The notes beneath the pieces are model-generated. The model had not been told where the DNA came from. It was given only the letters and a program-made list of their open reading frames with translations, and made no database searches. A stretch of 64,000 nucleotides of DNA from the human T2T-CHM13v2.0 reference genome, Homo sapiens. Below, piece by piece: positions 27,249 to 41,990 of this stretch. Location: NCBI RefSeq assembly GCF_009914755.1, contig NC_060935.1; one strand, given 5' to 3'. A program made the translations under genes and the position numbers. Position 1 is the stretch's first letter. The number at the start of each line of letters is the position of its first letter.

Positions 27249-27272
27249 TGTGTGTGTGTGTGTGTGTGTGTG
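27249..27272 (+). repeat. (TG)n microsatellite
   Basis: Directly visible. Confidence 0.95.
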
Positions 27273-28199
27273 TCACAGCAAGAGTGAGAAGGAGAACTTA
27301 TTGCCTGACCTGAGGCATGTACACACACACACAGACACACACATACACAGCCATATCCCTCACCCCAGTCTTGTACCTAAGCAAAGGGTCAGGCTGTGGG
27401 ACTGCCCTCTAACTTCAAATTCCCCTCTGACTATACCACCAGTGGCTTCTCTTCCCGTCAAGGGGTGCTATAGAATAGTTTCTGCTATACAAAAGTAGCA
27501 GGGGGTTGAGAAGGCTCAAACTCTTATCTGCCTCAGACCTTCTTTGAGAGAATGCCAAGGCTCAGAAAGTTCCAATCAGTCCTGGGGAACCTGGGTCAAC
27601 TGCAGGGCCTTCTTATGGGGTTGTTCAGATCAACTCCAAGCACTACTAGCATTTGATGTAGGCTTTAACCAAGATATTTGAAGGTCTTTTCTGGCCCTAG
27701 TATACCTGCCAAAGATATTCCAAACCAGAGGCAGAGAACATCAAAGCAGCTAAATCTTAATATCACCCAATCCGTACAATCATTGGATAAGGCAGTAATG
27801 TTCTGACTCCAAAATTATTTTCTTACATCTGAGGAGAAGAGATGTAAAAGGTTTATAAAAAGAAGTTGAAGATACAGATTTCTGTACTGAATCCATTCCA
27901 TTTTTCAGATTGAAGAGACAGATTTAGGGAAAAGGAGGGAGACTGGCTCTAAATATAATCTTCAGGAATGTGTAAGTTTCATATCCCTGCCCTTTAAAAA
28001 AAAGACTAAATATATAACAATTTCACATCTTTTGAAAAACAAAGAGAAAATGGGAATTAGGCATATCTATCTAAGTTTCCAAAATCAGTGTCTTGAACCT
28101 GTCATTTCTTCCCCATTCACATTTTCACAGGAAAATAAATACTTCAAATACATTCTCAAGTTTCAATATAAAGTTACTAAAGCTATTTTGCCATGAACA

Positions 28200-29010
28200 C
28201 TGTCCTCATCTCAGTGAAAGTCACTCCTAGTCATTCAGTTCTGCAAGTCAGATCCTATGAAGGAGGCATCAGTGAAGCATCCCTCCTGCCACACCCAAGC
28301 TAATACCAAGCCCCATCAATTCTACCCCTTAAACATCTCTCAAATATACCCACTAATTCTTCCCTCTGCTAATGGTGCCCTAGCCTAACCTACTTTCACA
28401 TCTCCCTAGACAACAGTAGTAGCCTCTTCAATGGAGAAGTATTTTCAAAACACGGATCCGATCACATCATTTCTTTTCATAAAACCCCGCAGTGCGCTAC
28501 ATTCTTCTTAGAATAACTGCAAAAATCCTTAACAAGACTCCCGAGGCCCTGATGACCTGTCCTCTGTCCTCCTTTGTAGCCATAGCTCATTCAATAACCC
28601 TCTCCTCATTCACTGAACTCTAGTCACTCATTTTTTCCAGTTCCTGAAACATACCAAGCTCTCCCTCCACCCACTATCCTCACCCCCTTCAGATGGACTG
28701 CTTTCTCTGCACAGAGAATTCTCCTACCCCTGCCCTGTTCCACTTATCCTTCAGAACTCAGCTCAACTGACATTTTTTGCCAGAAAGCCTTCTTTCATTC
28801 TCTAGTCCAGACTAGGTTCCTGCTTTTATGCTCTCATATGCCTTGTACTTGTACTTTCAGCTTCATACCACAATCCGTGATATCATTTGATTAATGTCTG
28901 TTTCCCCTACTAAAGTGTAAACTCCATTAGGGTACGGATTTTTATCTATTTTGCTTACCCACCATATTCCTAGACCCAAGAGCAGTGTCTGGATGAATAA
29001 ATGAATTAAT
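28200..29010 (+). mobile_element. L2 fragment including 3' end
   Basis: Typical L2 3' motifs (taaactccattagggtac...tgaataaatgaat). Confidence 0.65.
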
Positions 29011-29594
29011 GAGCTGTTTAAAAATTCAAAACAACACTAATACAGGACTGTTTATTCTACAAATCTTTAGCCAAATGAACAGCAGCTTAGGTCTACTGAC
29101 AACTTAGTCTATGAGTCTCTCTAAAATAATGATTATTTTTATACAGCTAAAGTTTATTGAGAATTTATTATATGCAAGGCAATTTGCTAAATGTTTTACA
29201 TATATTACTTTATTTAATCCTCACAATAACCATTAAAGGTTAAAAGAAACAATCCATGTGAACATTTAGAACAATATCTGGCATACTGTAGATGCTCAGT
29301 AAACCCCAGTTGTTTCTACTGCTGCTTCTATTATTTTTATTGTTATTATTGTTGCTGCAGACCTAGTTTTACACTTGACAAAGATGAGGCTCAGAAGGGC
29401 ATCTTAAGTTTTTTCATGTTATTATAAAACATAATTTTGTAGATTTCCATTTCTCTTTATTGTTTGTGTACTGTATATAGAAATACAATTGATTTTTGAA
29501 TACTGACTTTGTATAGACCTTGCTAAAGTCACTCTGGGATTTTCCTTTGGATTTTCTGTGCACACAAATCATGTGCATCCATGAATAGTAAGTT

Positions 29595-29905
<311 letters not shown>

Positions 29906-30097
29906 TAAATGTATTTTTTTTTCTTTCCATTTGTTTTTCTTGCCTCACTCCACTAGCTAAGACCTCCAGTACAATATTGAATAGAAGTAGTGATAGTAGC
30001 CATCCTAGTCTCATTTCTGAACTCAGAGGATCCTTTCAATATTTCATCACTAAGTAGATTTGATGTAGATTTTTTTATAGATTTAGATCCAGATCTT

Positions 30098-30480
<383 letters not shown>

Positions 30481-33400
30481 TTACTCCCCTTCACTATCTC
30501 TCATATTCTGTTCTATTTCTTTTCCTTCCCCCTCTTCTCCTCTCTCCCTCCTCTCTCATGAGCTCCTTCTCTCTCTTCCTGTCCTGCTTTCTTTTATCAT
30601 CTCTTTCTCTTCTTTCCCTACCTCTTTCCCTTATAATTTAACTGCTTTAGTAAGGCTTATATTTTCTATTCTTAATTTTAAACACAGATGAGTTAAATAT
30701 CTTTTATCTCTCCAAAGAAAAGTATGCTTTTTATATTTTCCTTAGTAGTTTAATAGTGTTCAGTTTTTTAAAAAGCTTCCATTTCCTCCACAGTCTGAGT
30801 GCCAAGACAAGAAGGGTTGAAGAGAAGCAAGGTGGAAAGAATATTTAAACCAAATTGGGTAAGCTAGGAATGAAGCCCAGCTTAAGGGACCAAGGCCAAA
30901 AATCAATGGCTATCTCAAACATGCCCAGGCCTGCATTCCTTAATGTCTCCTTGTTGTCCTGGTTATGCACTACCATAGCTTTCTAATATTCTATATTTCC
31001 TTATCTATGAACAAGAACACCCAGTGACTATTTCATTCCGTTTTGCAATATATGACAGTCTAATCCTTTGCACTGGATTCTTTCTCCTTTCCCCTATTTG
31101 ACATGTATGTTTAGTGCGGTTTTGGCGCTCATTTAATCTACCCATGCTGGACATTGAGAATTATATAGATGTCTCTTCTTAGTGAGATCCTTGTTGCCAA
31201 GCATTAAGAGCACTAAAATCCACGTGAGACCACCCAAATAATAATGGTCAGGTGCCATACGTCACAAGATATGCACAAGATAAAATCCCCAAGGACAAAA
31301 CTTCCCAGATTAGGGGTAGAGATCATATTCGTGGGAAATTGGCTCTCCTGTCCTAATTACCTATTGCACATGTGAGTTAACATAATGATAGGGGAGAGGA
31401 AGACATGCAGACTGAGCTGTGGAAAAATTGCGGAAACTCCATGGCAGTTTATTTTGAGGTGAACCTGATGAACCTGGTCCCGTAATGCCCAGAAGACAAT
31501 ACGAGGTCAGCAATACATCCCAAGATATTGCATACTTGACTGATTTATTTCCTTTTCACAGCCACAGCCAATCTCAAGGAGGCCAATGCTATCAGGAGAG
31601 GGGGTGAAGCTCTGGTAGTATTAACAAGAATGTGGAAAATTTCCACGGAGGAAGGGACTCAGAGAAAGTGCTGTGAGAAAGCCAGCCCAACCCCATTTTT
31701 ACAGGCTATGCAGACACAATGGCATTTCTGAAACCTATATATGCTATGTGTTAGTTATTTTTATACTATATCGGCTCTCTAGAGTGAAGGGTTGTAAAAT
31801 ATTAAAACAAAAGGTACTTATTTCATGTACAAAAAGAAAAAGAAGATTTGAGAACCTTCATCCTAGTCTGTTGCTAGTGCTACAAGATGGGTGGGGGCAA
31901 GGGTAGGGCCAACCTTCAGAGCAAGGAAAGCAGGCTGAGTCTCCAGGGCCTGGGAGGAGAGGAAGCACTTCTCAAGAGCATGATGGGATTGGAAAAGGGC
32001 TTGAGAGCGTGGCCAGGTTGTCTGACACTTGGTGCCACCCATGCAGAAGGGAGCTCACTTGTCAATGGAGATGATACCACCCACCCTCTAGACCCCAGGA
32101 TTGTTCAGAGGTCAAATGACAGGAGGTGAATGTGTATTTCTAGCTATAAAGTACGTAGAGGGTTATCACTGAGGTTTCTAGGCTGTCAACTGTGTAACTG
32201 ACACCTTGACTTCATCTTTACATACAAAACCTCTAGATTTCATGAAGGAAAAGGTATATTTTGAGATTCACTACTGAAAATAAACTATTTTCTAGTTCAG
32301 AGAGGAAGAGTCAAAATGCCAAAACACATTCACTCTGATAATCAGCTCAGGTCATCTTTGGGAGATGGAGAGAGACAACCCTGAGCCTACAGAGCCCCCT
32401 CTTACCTCCCTTAACTAGCATCTCCTCTCGATCCTCGTTTCCCTTCCCCCAAACTGTGTGTCCCCGTCCCTGTCCCTTTCCTCTTGCCTCTTTTTTGTCT
32501 CCTTATCTTTGTCTGCCACCTGTCTGACTTATCTGAAATTACCTCACCTATTAATTTAATGGATTCAGTTAACCTATTTAACCTACCTGTCTTTACCATC
32601 TAACTTGACAACTTGCCTGACCTACGACTTCCCTGAATTGTCTGACTTTCAACCTCTGCTACTAGTCACCTATGTGACCCTGCACCCATCTAACCTGAAT
32701 TCTGCTTGACCTGTGCTCTGTCACCTGCTGCCCTCTCTCTCTCCTCACTCTTACCACCCAGATGTGTTTCTAGAGTTCAGTGTGTTGACATTATTATTCT
32801 AATGATTGCCACATGGTATTGTCAAAATTCAGATAAAACATTGCTCTTTCATTTTAACAGGAAGGGAAATTGAGACACAGAGTGATTACCTAGATTTCCC
32901 AAGCTCATACAGGTCCAAGACTAGGAATCTGGGACCAGCCTTGAAAACAGGCTGGCTAGTCTTGATTCTGTGCCAGAAGCTAGAAAGCTAGTGCCCTAGT
33001 AAGAAATGATTGAGAAATCAATAAACAGACACTTAGTGCACATGCCCTGAGTTTAATATAAATTTCAGGTTCTTACAGCAAGATAATATTGCTGGGGATA
33101 AAGTAATGCAGATAGGGTGGTGTTCCACATAAATTAACTTTCCAGTTATCTGAAACATACCTCTTTCAATAACAAAATGCAATTGGCTTAAAAACATTAT
33201 TTCAAATGGGAGTACTTCTAAAACACTTTACACACTCTTCTGTCTTATTAAGCAGAGCATAAGGAGGCTAAGGAGACCATTTCTTAGTGATATCAAGGAA
33301 TTTGGATGAACCAATAAGTAATTCAGTGATGCTTTCGGGAACTTCTAAGAATGCAGGGCTTAGCTTGTTCTTTCAGTGAATGACCTCATACCGTGGCACT

Positions 33401-33845
33401 TTTCCAAGTGATGTTTCTTGTCTTCTCCCTTGTTAGCTGCCCTTATAGAAATCTTGACTCCCTGCCTCTACTCTGCTTACTACTATAATGTAGCTAAACT
33501 AAAACTTTCCCAAGAAAACCATATATTTAAGCTTGCTAGATCAAGAACACCGGCTAGATACCCACATATGAGTTTATGATCTCCTACAGAATATAATGCA
33601 TGAGTTTTGTGATGGCTGTTTTTGCTGCTGTTCCAAAGCTTTGCCTCATCACTTCTAGTTTCAGATTTCTGTTCTAGTGGTTAAAGTAATCAGAAACTGA
33701 CCACTGTGTAAATATGCAATAGAAAAAGGGACCACAGATTTGGGAGTTGTGTCTAGGAAACACACTGAAGGCCTTCAGTCTAGCTAAGGAAACAAGAGAG
33801 AGGAAAACAGATTGGTGAATTAAATCCTCAAAATATGTGAATGCG

Positions 33846-34187
<342 letters not shown>

Positions 34188-34220
34188 CTAACTTTTCTAG
34201 TAAGCAGTTTCACATGTTGA

Positions 34221-34527
34221 TTTTTTTTTTTTTTTTTTTTTGAGATGGATTCTTACTCTGTGGGCCAGGCTGGGGTGCAGTCAGACGATCTCAGCTCACT
34301 GTAACCTCTCCACCTCCTAAGTTCAAGTGATTCTCCTGCCTCAGCCTCCCAAGTAGCTGGGATTATAGGTGTCCACCACCATGCCCAGCTAATTTTTGTA
34401 TTTTTACTAGAGATGGGGTTTCACCATGTTGGCCAGGCTGCTGGTCTTGAAATCCTGACCTCCAGTGACCCACTTGCCTCGGCCTTCCAAAGTGTGGGAT
34501 TACAGGTGTAAGCCACTGTGCCTGGCC
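34221..34527 (-). mobile_element. AluS, TSD tcacatgttgattttt
   Basis: Reverse Alu. Confidence 0.9.
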
Positions 34528-34879
34528 CTCACATGTTGATTTTTAATGGCAAAGTTGTTGCTCTTATTGACAATGAGTGTTCCTCCATCTCAAGAGAAAG
34601 CTCTTGTACTTATTAAGGCTGTCACTATGGATGTAACTATGCAGATATATGATAACTTAGTAAAGCCAAATGAGAAAAGGTTCATGGGTGGTGAAGGGAG
34701 AAGTGAAAAGTGCCCAGTGCCCTGATAATCCAGGGAGGACAGAAAAAGCAAAGAGGATCTCAGAATCTGAGGTAGAAGAAAGAGGAAAGGAGTAAGTGGA
34801 TTCTAGTAAGTCTGAAGTGAAAGCCTGATGAGTGGAACCCTCAAACCCCAAGGCTTGGAGACTCAGGAGAATTTGGTCA

Positions 34880-35140
<261 letters not shown>

Positions 35141-35944
35141 CTATTCTGTCTTATTAAACAGATAGGAGCAAGGACCTGTTTTCTCATGGGCCAGGAGACC
35201 TAGACAAAAATCTTAGGTTTGGATGGTGAATGAAATCAGGATAGAACTAAGGAGACAGGCTTCTTAGAGTGTGCTAAGTTCAGGAGCCAGACTTGGGGAG
35301 TGTTTGGCCTGACTCTTGAGTAGAAAGAGTGTATAATTCTGCAGATGCTGACCAGGACGCAGGCTGTGCCTTAAGAAAGCTTCAGCAGGCCCCGGGAACA
35401 TTCTGAGAAAATGCTGCTGTCAGGGCTAGGCTATGAGGAAAAGATTGTCCCTGAGGTTGAGGACCCACAATCTGATCCATAGCAGTAGCTTTGGAGACTA
35501 TGGAAGCAGGATGCCTAGTATTTACTCACAGTTACCAGGGTTTAATGAGTTTAAGCAAGTCATTGTCCAGCTTTGGGTTTTAATTTCCTCCTACACAGCT
35601 TAATGTAAATCTCACTGAGTTTTTATAAGACTCAAATTAAGAGATCGGGCATCAAAATGCTTTGATAATGGTATAAATACTATCTGCCTGGGTCATTATC
35701 CTTTACTCCTCTGTATCACTCTTAATAATCTGCATCACAGGAATGCCTACCGCTTCTGTATCATTTACTGGAAATACATCTCAGGCTCCTAAGCCATGAG
35801 CCGCATGCTGGTGGCCTCGAAGTCCTCTCTTGAAGATCTGGGGCTATGTTATGAGCAGCAGAAGAAAGGTCCCTCTTGCAGGTGAACTGGGACCCGGATA
35901 GGGCTTTCTGTGATGCCTACAGCTTTGACTCCATGAGAGCTTTT

Positions 35945-36276
<332 letters not shown>

Positions 36277-37726
36277 TGACTGGTTCAGAAGCATGAAATG
36301 AATGCATCAAAATGTCTCCCAGTTTCACTTGAGATGTAAGGGTTGCTGTGGTAGGGTTGTAGCCATGGTCTTTCTTTCAGAGTGGCTGAATCAAGATTAG
36401 GAAGCTTAGGCAACAGCTGGTGCCAGGCAAATACCAAAATTCATTCAAAAGGGGTTGCAGAGCTCAAGCCACTAGAAAATCCATTCTAGAACTTTCACAT
36501 CTCATTTTCAGCCGCAACCTGTTTCCACCATCGGCTCACATAGCACCAACTCCAAGGTACTTGTACGCAGATGTTCTGCTTCACCAAAAGTCCTCTTTTG
36601 GTGAAATACAGTCAGTGTGGAACTCGCAGAAAGGTGCGTGGTGCCACAGGTTCTTCTGGTCCATGACCTTCAGATAGATTCTTTTGACTTTCCTGGCACT
36701 CACAGGCCAGCACAGGCTGGGAGTGGGATGGAGGACAAAACACCTTTACCAGATAAAACAACCAATACCAAACTAGGCTGGGTCCTAAGACCTCTCCCCA
36801 GCAAAGCCTCGGGCTACTTCAAGGATTGTAAAGACAGGAAAATCCAGCAGGTAAGAGGCCAAATGGAGTCCTATTTCTCCCATTGCAGTGCAGAAAGAGA
36901 AGCAATTTAACCTAGTCATTGAACACAGAGCTGTCAAGGACCCGTGGTCTGGTCCTAACATTGCCCAATGGGTTGGCTGCATAACTCTTAGGTGGGTCAC
37001 TTAACCTCTCTGTGTCTCAGTTTCCACATCTTTCAAAGGGGAATAAGAAAGTGGCTTCCTCATAGTATTGCTAGGATAAAGAGATAAAATGAAATAATCC
37101 ATGTAAAAACCTATGAAAAAATTAGAACGATACTATACAAAGTATTATCACTCAATGGTAAAAGGCTCAGAATGTTGTTTGCTATCCTTGAGCTTCACAC
37201 CCTCCACCCTGCCCAACCCCAGCTCCAAGGCAACAAATTTCCTCAAAAAGAAAGCCCTTTTCCTCATTGCAGTAGTTTTGTGGACAACCAGTGGCTCTCA
37301 CTGTCAGGGTTGATCTCTCTCTGCCAATCCAAAGCTTCCTCTAAGCCAGGATGACAAACTTGAGGGTCCTTTTTCTGGGAGTTCAAGCCATCAAAAGCCT
37401 ATGAAACACATGAAGAATGCCAGGCCATCTGCCCCTCCAAACCTCTACAGGAGTCCCTTTTAATAAGGGGCAGAAGCAGCTCAAAATGAGAAGATAGAAT
37501 TCCTAGGACCTTTGCTAACCCCATTGCCAACTTGCAGCCACACAAAAGGGCAGCACCCCTTGCTGCTCAGGGAACCCTGTTGGCCATTCACACAAGCAGC
37601 ACTGACTCCATGCATGTATGTCGCTCAGCTCCTTTCCTCTGCTCTGTGTATAGGAACAGAACTGAACCTCATCAAATGAGAAGCAGCATTTTCTGCATGG
37701 CTTCCACTACAACTGAGCACTGGCAA

Positions 37727-38150
37727 TGAAACCACCTTTGCAAAAATTATATCAATGAGCAAATTATGACAGTGAAAAAGATCTGATCTAACTTACCCAC
37801 TCCCACCCCTTGCCTTTCCCTTAATCATTCCTGGGCCTATTGTAGACTGGCCTTTTGAGATATCTTCTCAACTTTTCTGCATGTCTGACATCCATGGCTT
37901 CACCCAGATCCATCAATCCCACTCCTGTGGCCCCACCCAGAAGCAACTCAGCTCAAATGGACAGCTTTAACGCATGATTTCATCTCCATCCCAACCAATC
38001 AGCAGCAAGCACCTATTTCTAGCCACCCCCACCCCTTCCCCAAACTGCCTTTGAAAAATCCCAGCCTCTCATCAACTAAACTCTTTCTCTACTGCAATGC
38101 CATGGTCTTCACTTGTGCAGCAGGCAAGAAGAACCCATCAGGCGGTTACA
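37727..38150 (+). mobile_element. LTR8-family (LTR8A/B, ERV1) solo LTR, internally deleted
   Basis: tgaaaccacctttgcaaaaattat ... gaacccatcaggcggttaca; 4-bp TSD gcaa. Confidence 0.8.
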
Positions 38151-38239
38151 GCAACTCTCATGCTTGCTTCTGAACTACTGACATCTAGAGCTAGCTGCCT
38201 TCAGGTCATCTTCTAATGTGTATTCCACAAAAGAATAGC

Positions 38240-39050
38240 AATAATTCAAAACTTAACTTCTTCCCCTAAATATGCTCTTTTTCCCATGCTCCCATTCCAG
38301 TGGGTCAAGACAGATCCACTGGGATGGGAGCATGGGAAAACACCTGGGTGTTAAGCCAAAGGGCTTTCTCTGCCTTACCTATCATCAATTAGACACTGAG
38401 GCCAAAACTCCTGTGATCTGATATCTCTTGAAATCTTTGCTTCCTCTCCATTCCTATTGCTATTGATTTCATTCATCCTCCTGTTTCTCCTCTGTACTAT
38501 TCTGGTCTCCCTTACCACAGCTAAAGTGGTCTTTCAAACTTAATTCAAACCATATCCCTCCTTTCTGGAAGTCCTTCACTTACTCCTCACATCCCCTAAG
38601 ACTGAATCCCAGTTCCAAAGCATAATTTAGAAGGCCTTACAGCCCCTCTGGTTTCAATCCATCCCATTCCCCAGTGCATCTCGTGATCCTATCAAGCCAA
38701 ATTACGAATTATCTGAAGCCCCCCTAACTGCCCCAGGCTTTCTCTCACTTCTGAAGCTCCCTAGTTGCCATTCCTTTTGACTATTTGTTCTACCCCTCTA
38801 CCCTTCACTAGCCCAACTTCTCCTTTTCAAAATTTCAGCTTAAAATAATGTCCCCTAAGAAGTCTTCTGTCAACAGCCCCCTCTCCCAGAGCTAGGTGCT
38901 CCAATGGGGTGTACCCCAATGACTATTATAGCACTTTACCACAATTTATTATTGTTGATTAACTGTCTCTTCCACCAGACTGTACTCTCCAGCATGGGAC
39001 CGACTATCTTATTCACCAATGTATGCCTGGCACCTAGTAGAATATGGGGC
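38240..39050 (+). mobile_element. L2 fragment
   Basis: Degenerate L2 3' motifs (...gcctggcacctagtag). Confidence 0.55.
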
Positions 39051-40417
39051 ACATACTCAGATATAGATATAGATATAATCATTTAATGCATATATATATA
39101 TATATGCATTATATATATGCATTAAATGATTAAATAAATGGATGAATGGTTAGGTGGCTGGCCCAAATACAAGAAGTTAAACATCTAAGAGCCACAAAGG
39201 GCCAATATACAGTACCTCAAGGGCCTCTATGCCAAGTCATTTTCAACAGGGTAGGACAGGCACAGACAAAAAGCCTCAAAAGTCACCAGCAATTTCCAAG
39301 CTGACATTTCATTTTTGCCATCCCTTCTTTTTTCTAAACTCTCCTCAAGTATCACGGAGACTGACTGTTCTAAGACATGCATTGCAATGGTACAGAGCTA
39401 GGGAAACTTGGTGAGGGGCAGGTACACTGAGCAACCAGCATAGCTGGGCTGCAGGGCCAGAGGGATGCTACAGGGCCAAGGGTACAGGCTGGGAGAGTTC
39501 AGAACACCTGACAGAGCTTCAAGTCCAGGGCTGGGTGGAGGCACTGGAGAGCTGAGGGCACCAGGCCAGAGAAGACAATAGCGTAAGTGAAACAGGGCCA
39601 AGGGACACTAGGAGGAATGGGTGGAGGACAGGCACAGCACTGAGGCTCCAGCTAGATGTATGACAGGGGTTGGGGGTGAAGGGGCAGAGGTGAGAATAGA
39701 TAGTTGAGGATTTGTGGGGTTCTGGGTTATGTCCAGGGTAAGCGAACACTTTCAGTAAGCTAGTAGGTGGGTGGACAGAAAGGCCTCCAAGAGCTCATCT
39801 TCAAGAGATCTCTGTGTCTCAGCTGCTCATCTACCTCTGTAGAACATCCCTGCAGATCACTCACCCAACAAATTCCATTGATTCAAATCCTAAGGTATCC
39901 AACTCTGGGTTGTGGAGGCCACAAAAAATATTTTCCCCATCTTCACTGTGGACAGAAAAGTTCAAGCTTTGGATTCTAACTGATCTCATTTTAAATAAAC
40001 CTCAGCTCTCTCGTCTACTAGCTGTAAGGCCCTGGACTTCAGTTTCCTTAGCTGTACAATGGGGATGCTCACTTCCACAAATGTTGGAGGTGAGGTGAGA
40101 TAATGCTGGTGAAGCAGCACACACGGTTCCAAGCACAGAGTACATGTTCAATAAATTGGCTCTCTTTCCCTTCCTCCTTCCACTCTGCATGAAGCCCAGG
40201 AGGTCCCATTTTAAGTGTGCGTGGGGGAGTGGAAATGGGGAGGAGGAAGATCTAGGTTGCTGACTCACTACGGCAGAAGGCATGAATCAGGGCTGTGTAG
40301 CGTCCAGGGATGGAACAGGGACGCTCCTCCCCCCACCCTATCCTCCTCCTCCAAGTGCCTGGGGTCTTGGCTGGCAGTGGGTCCCATGTAGTTAGGGAAA
40401 ACAGGCTCCTTCAGTAC

Positions 40418-40579
40418 CTTTCTCACCACATTTGGAGAGGAGTGCTGGATGGTGCTGTCCACTGGGGGGACACTGAGAGGGGTTTCTTCCCCAGACGCCT
40501 GGGGCAAGGCAGCAGCAGTATTCTTGTCAAGAGGGAGAGCCGGCTTTGAGCCCTGAGATGCTGGGGGCTCATCTGTAGC
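40418..40579 (-). CDS. TRIM66: TRIM66 exon (ATDEPPASQ...SSPNVVRK)
   Basis: 162 bp, ttctccag|GCT ... AAG|gtactg. Confidence 0.92.
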
Positions 40580-41990
40580 CTGGAGAAGAAAATAAGAACT
40601 TGGGTGGGTTTTACTGCAGACAGCGTAGCAGCAGCAGCAGTGGCAGCAAAGGCTAGTGCTCACCCTGCCATGTGCATCATCACCACTTGCACATTGTGGA
40701 CTGCTTAAACGTTTTCCAAAAAGAAAAATACTCTTATCCCAACTCTTCCAAAGACTACACGCTAATGGGAATGTCTTAGGATGAAACCCAAACCAAGAAT
40801 TCTGAGCTAATTTTGTGATATTCACTTTAGCAATCATAACCTAGTTTTGACTTACATTTTAGCTTGTGGCCCTCTATGAACCCTAGACCCTTCTCTGCCA
40901 TCACATGGATTATTCTATATCTCCTCAAAAGAACTGGGCCTCAGGGGAAGACATTGAAGCATGATCTGAAGTTGTCAGTACTGAAGCGTAAATGTGAGGC
41001 CTTATATTCTATAATAAAGTAAAAATCTGTAAAGCTGCTTTGAAGATATAACTGTGATTACAGATTTAAAGGGGATACCACTATAGAAAAAGTGAGAGAA
41101 GGGTAGAGAAAAGAGGATAGAACAGGAGGTTCTGGGGGGAAGAAAAAGAAAATCAAGAGCTAAGAATGAAGATGTGAAATGTAGCAAAGATCCCAGGGGT
41201 ACAAACTGCACCTCTTCAACTGTTTCAACTGTCTTTTAGCTGAGAAAAAAGAGGTGCACCATCCAATATCCTCCTGTGGAAAGAAGACTTCTGTGGCATT
41301 ACAGAAATGTCAGCAGACCTGAATCCAAGTCTTAGCTCTATCTCTCAATGTTGTATGATATGGAGACAAACTGCTAGCCTTCTCTAGCTCCCACTTATAT
41401 ACCTATAAAGCAGAGATGGTAATGCCTACCAAACAACATTGTTGGTAGGATAAATGATATGGTGCATATAAAACATACCCAGCTTAGTAGAAGTAAAAAA
41501 GTTTAAGTCTATATCTGTGCAGTATTATAAAAGTGCTGCCTGCCAGCATCTAACATGGACCCTCACTCTGCTCCTTAAGCTCTGCCCTCCCCCTGTCTGG
41601 GATTCATAAGGTCCGGCAAGGGAGCTAGGGAGATGACAAGATAAGAGACAGCCTCTCTTCTGCTCTGGCACTGGCAGGAGTTCAGCACAGCTCAGAAGGT
41701 ACCATCGGTGGGCAGGGTCCCTACTGTCATCCAGGAAGACAGGGCTAAGCCAAGCTACTCCGGAGTATACTGAGCCTAAATCTAATTTGGGACTGGGTAC
41801 TATGCTCTCTGGAGCTTTTCTGAGGTGGGAGGTTGAGCCCAGCATAGTTTTGAAATGTGAGGGCTGAGCTCAAGGCAGCCCTAAGGTGCAGAAACTGTAT
41901 TCCTGTGCTGCCTTGTTTTTGGGGAGGCTGTGTTCCCTGAGTGATCCTACGATGGGCAGAATATGCACGCCAAGCCACCCTGACGCTTAC

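Noticed and set aside
36580-36605. 11-bp perfect hairpin ttcaccaaaag-tcct-cttttggtgaa
   Set aside because: Too short to distinguish from chance or a small template switch; no RNA-gene context
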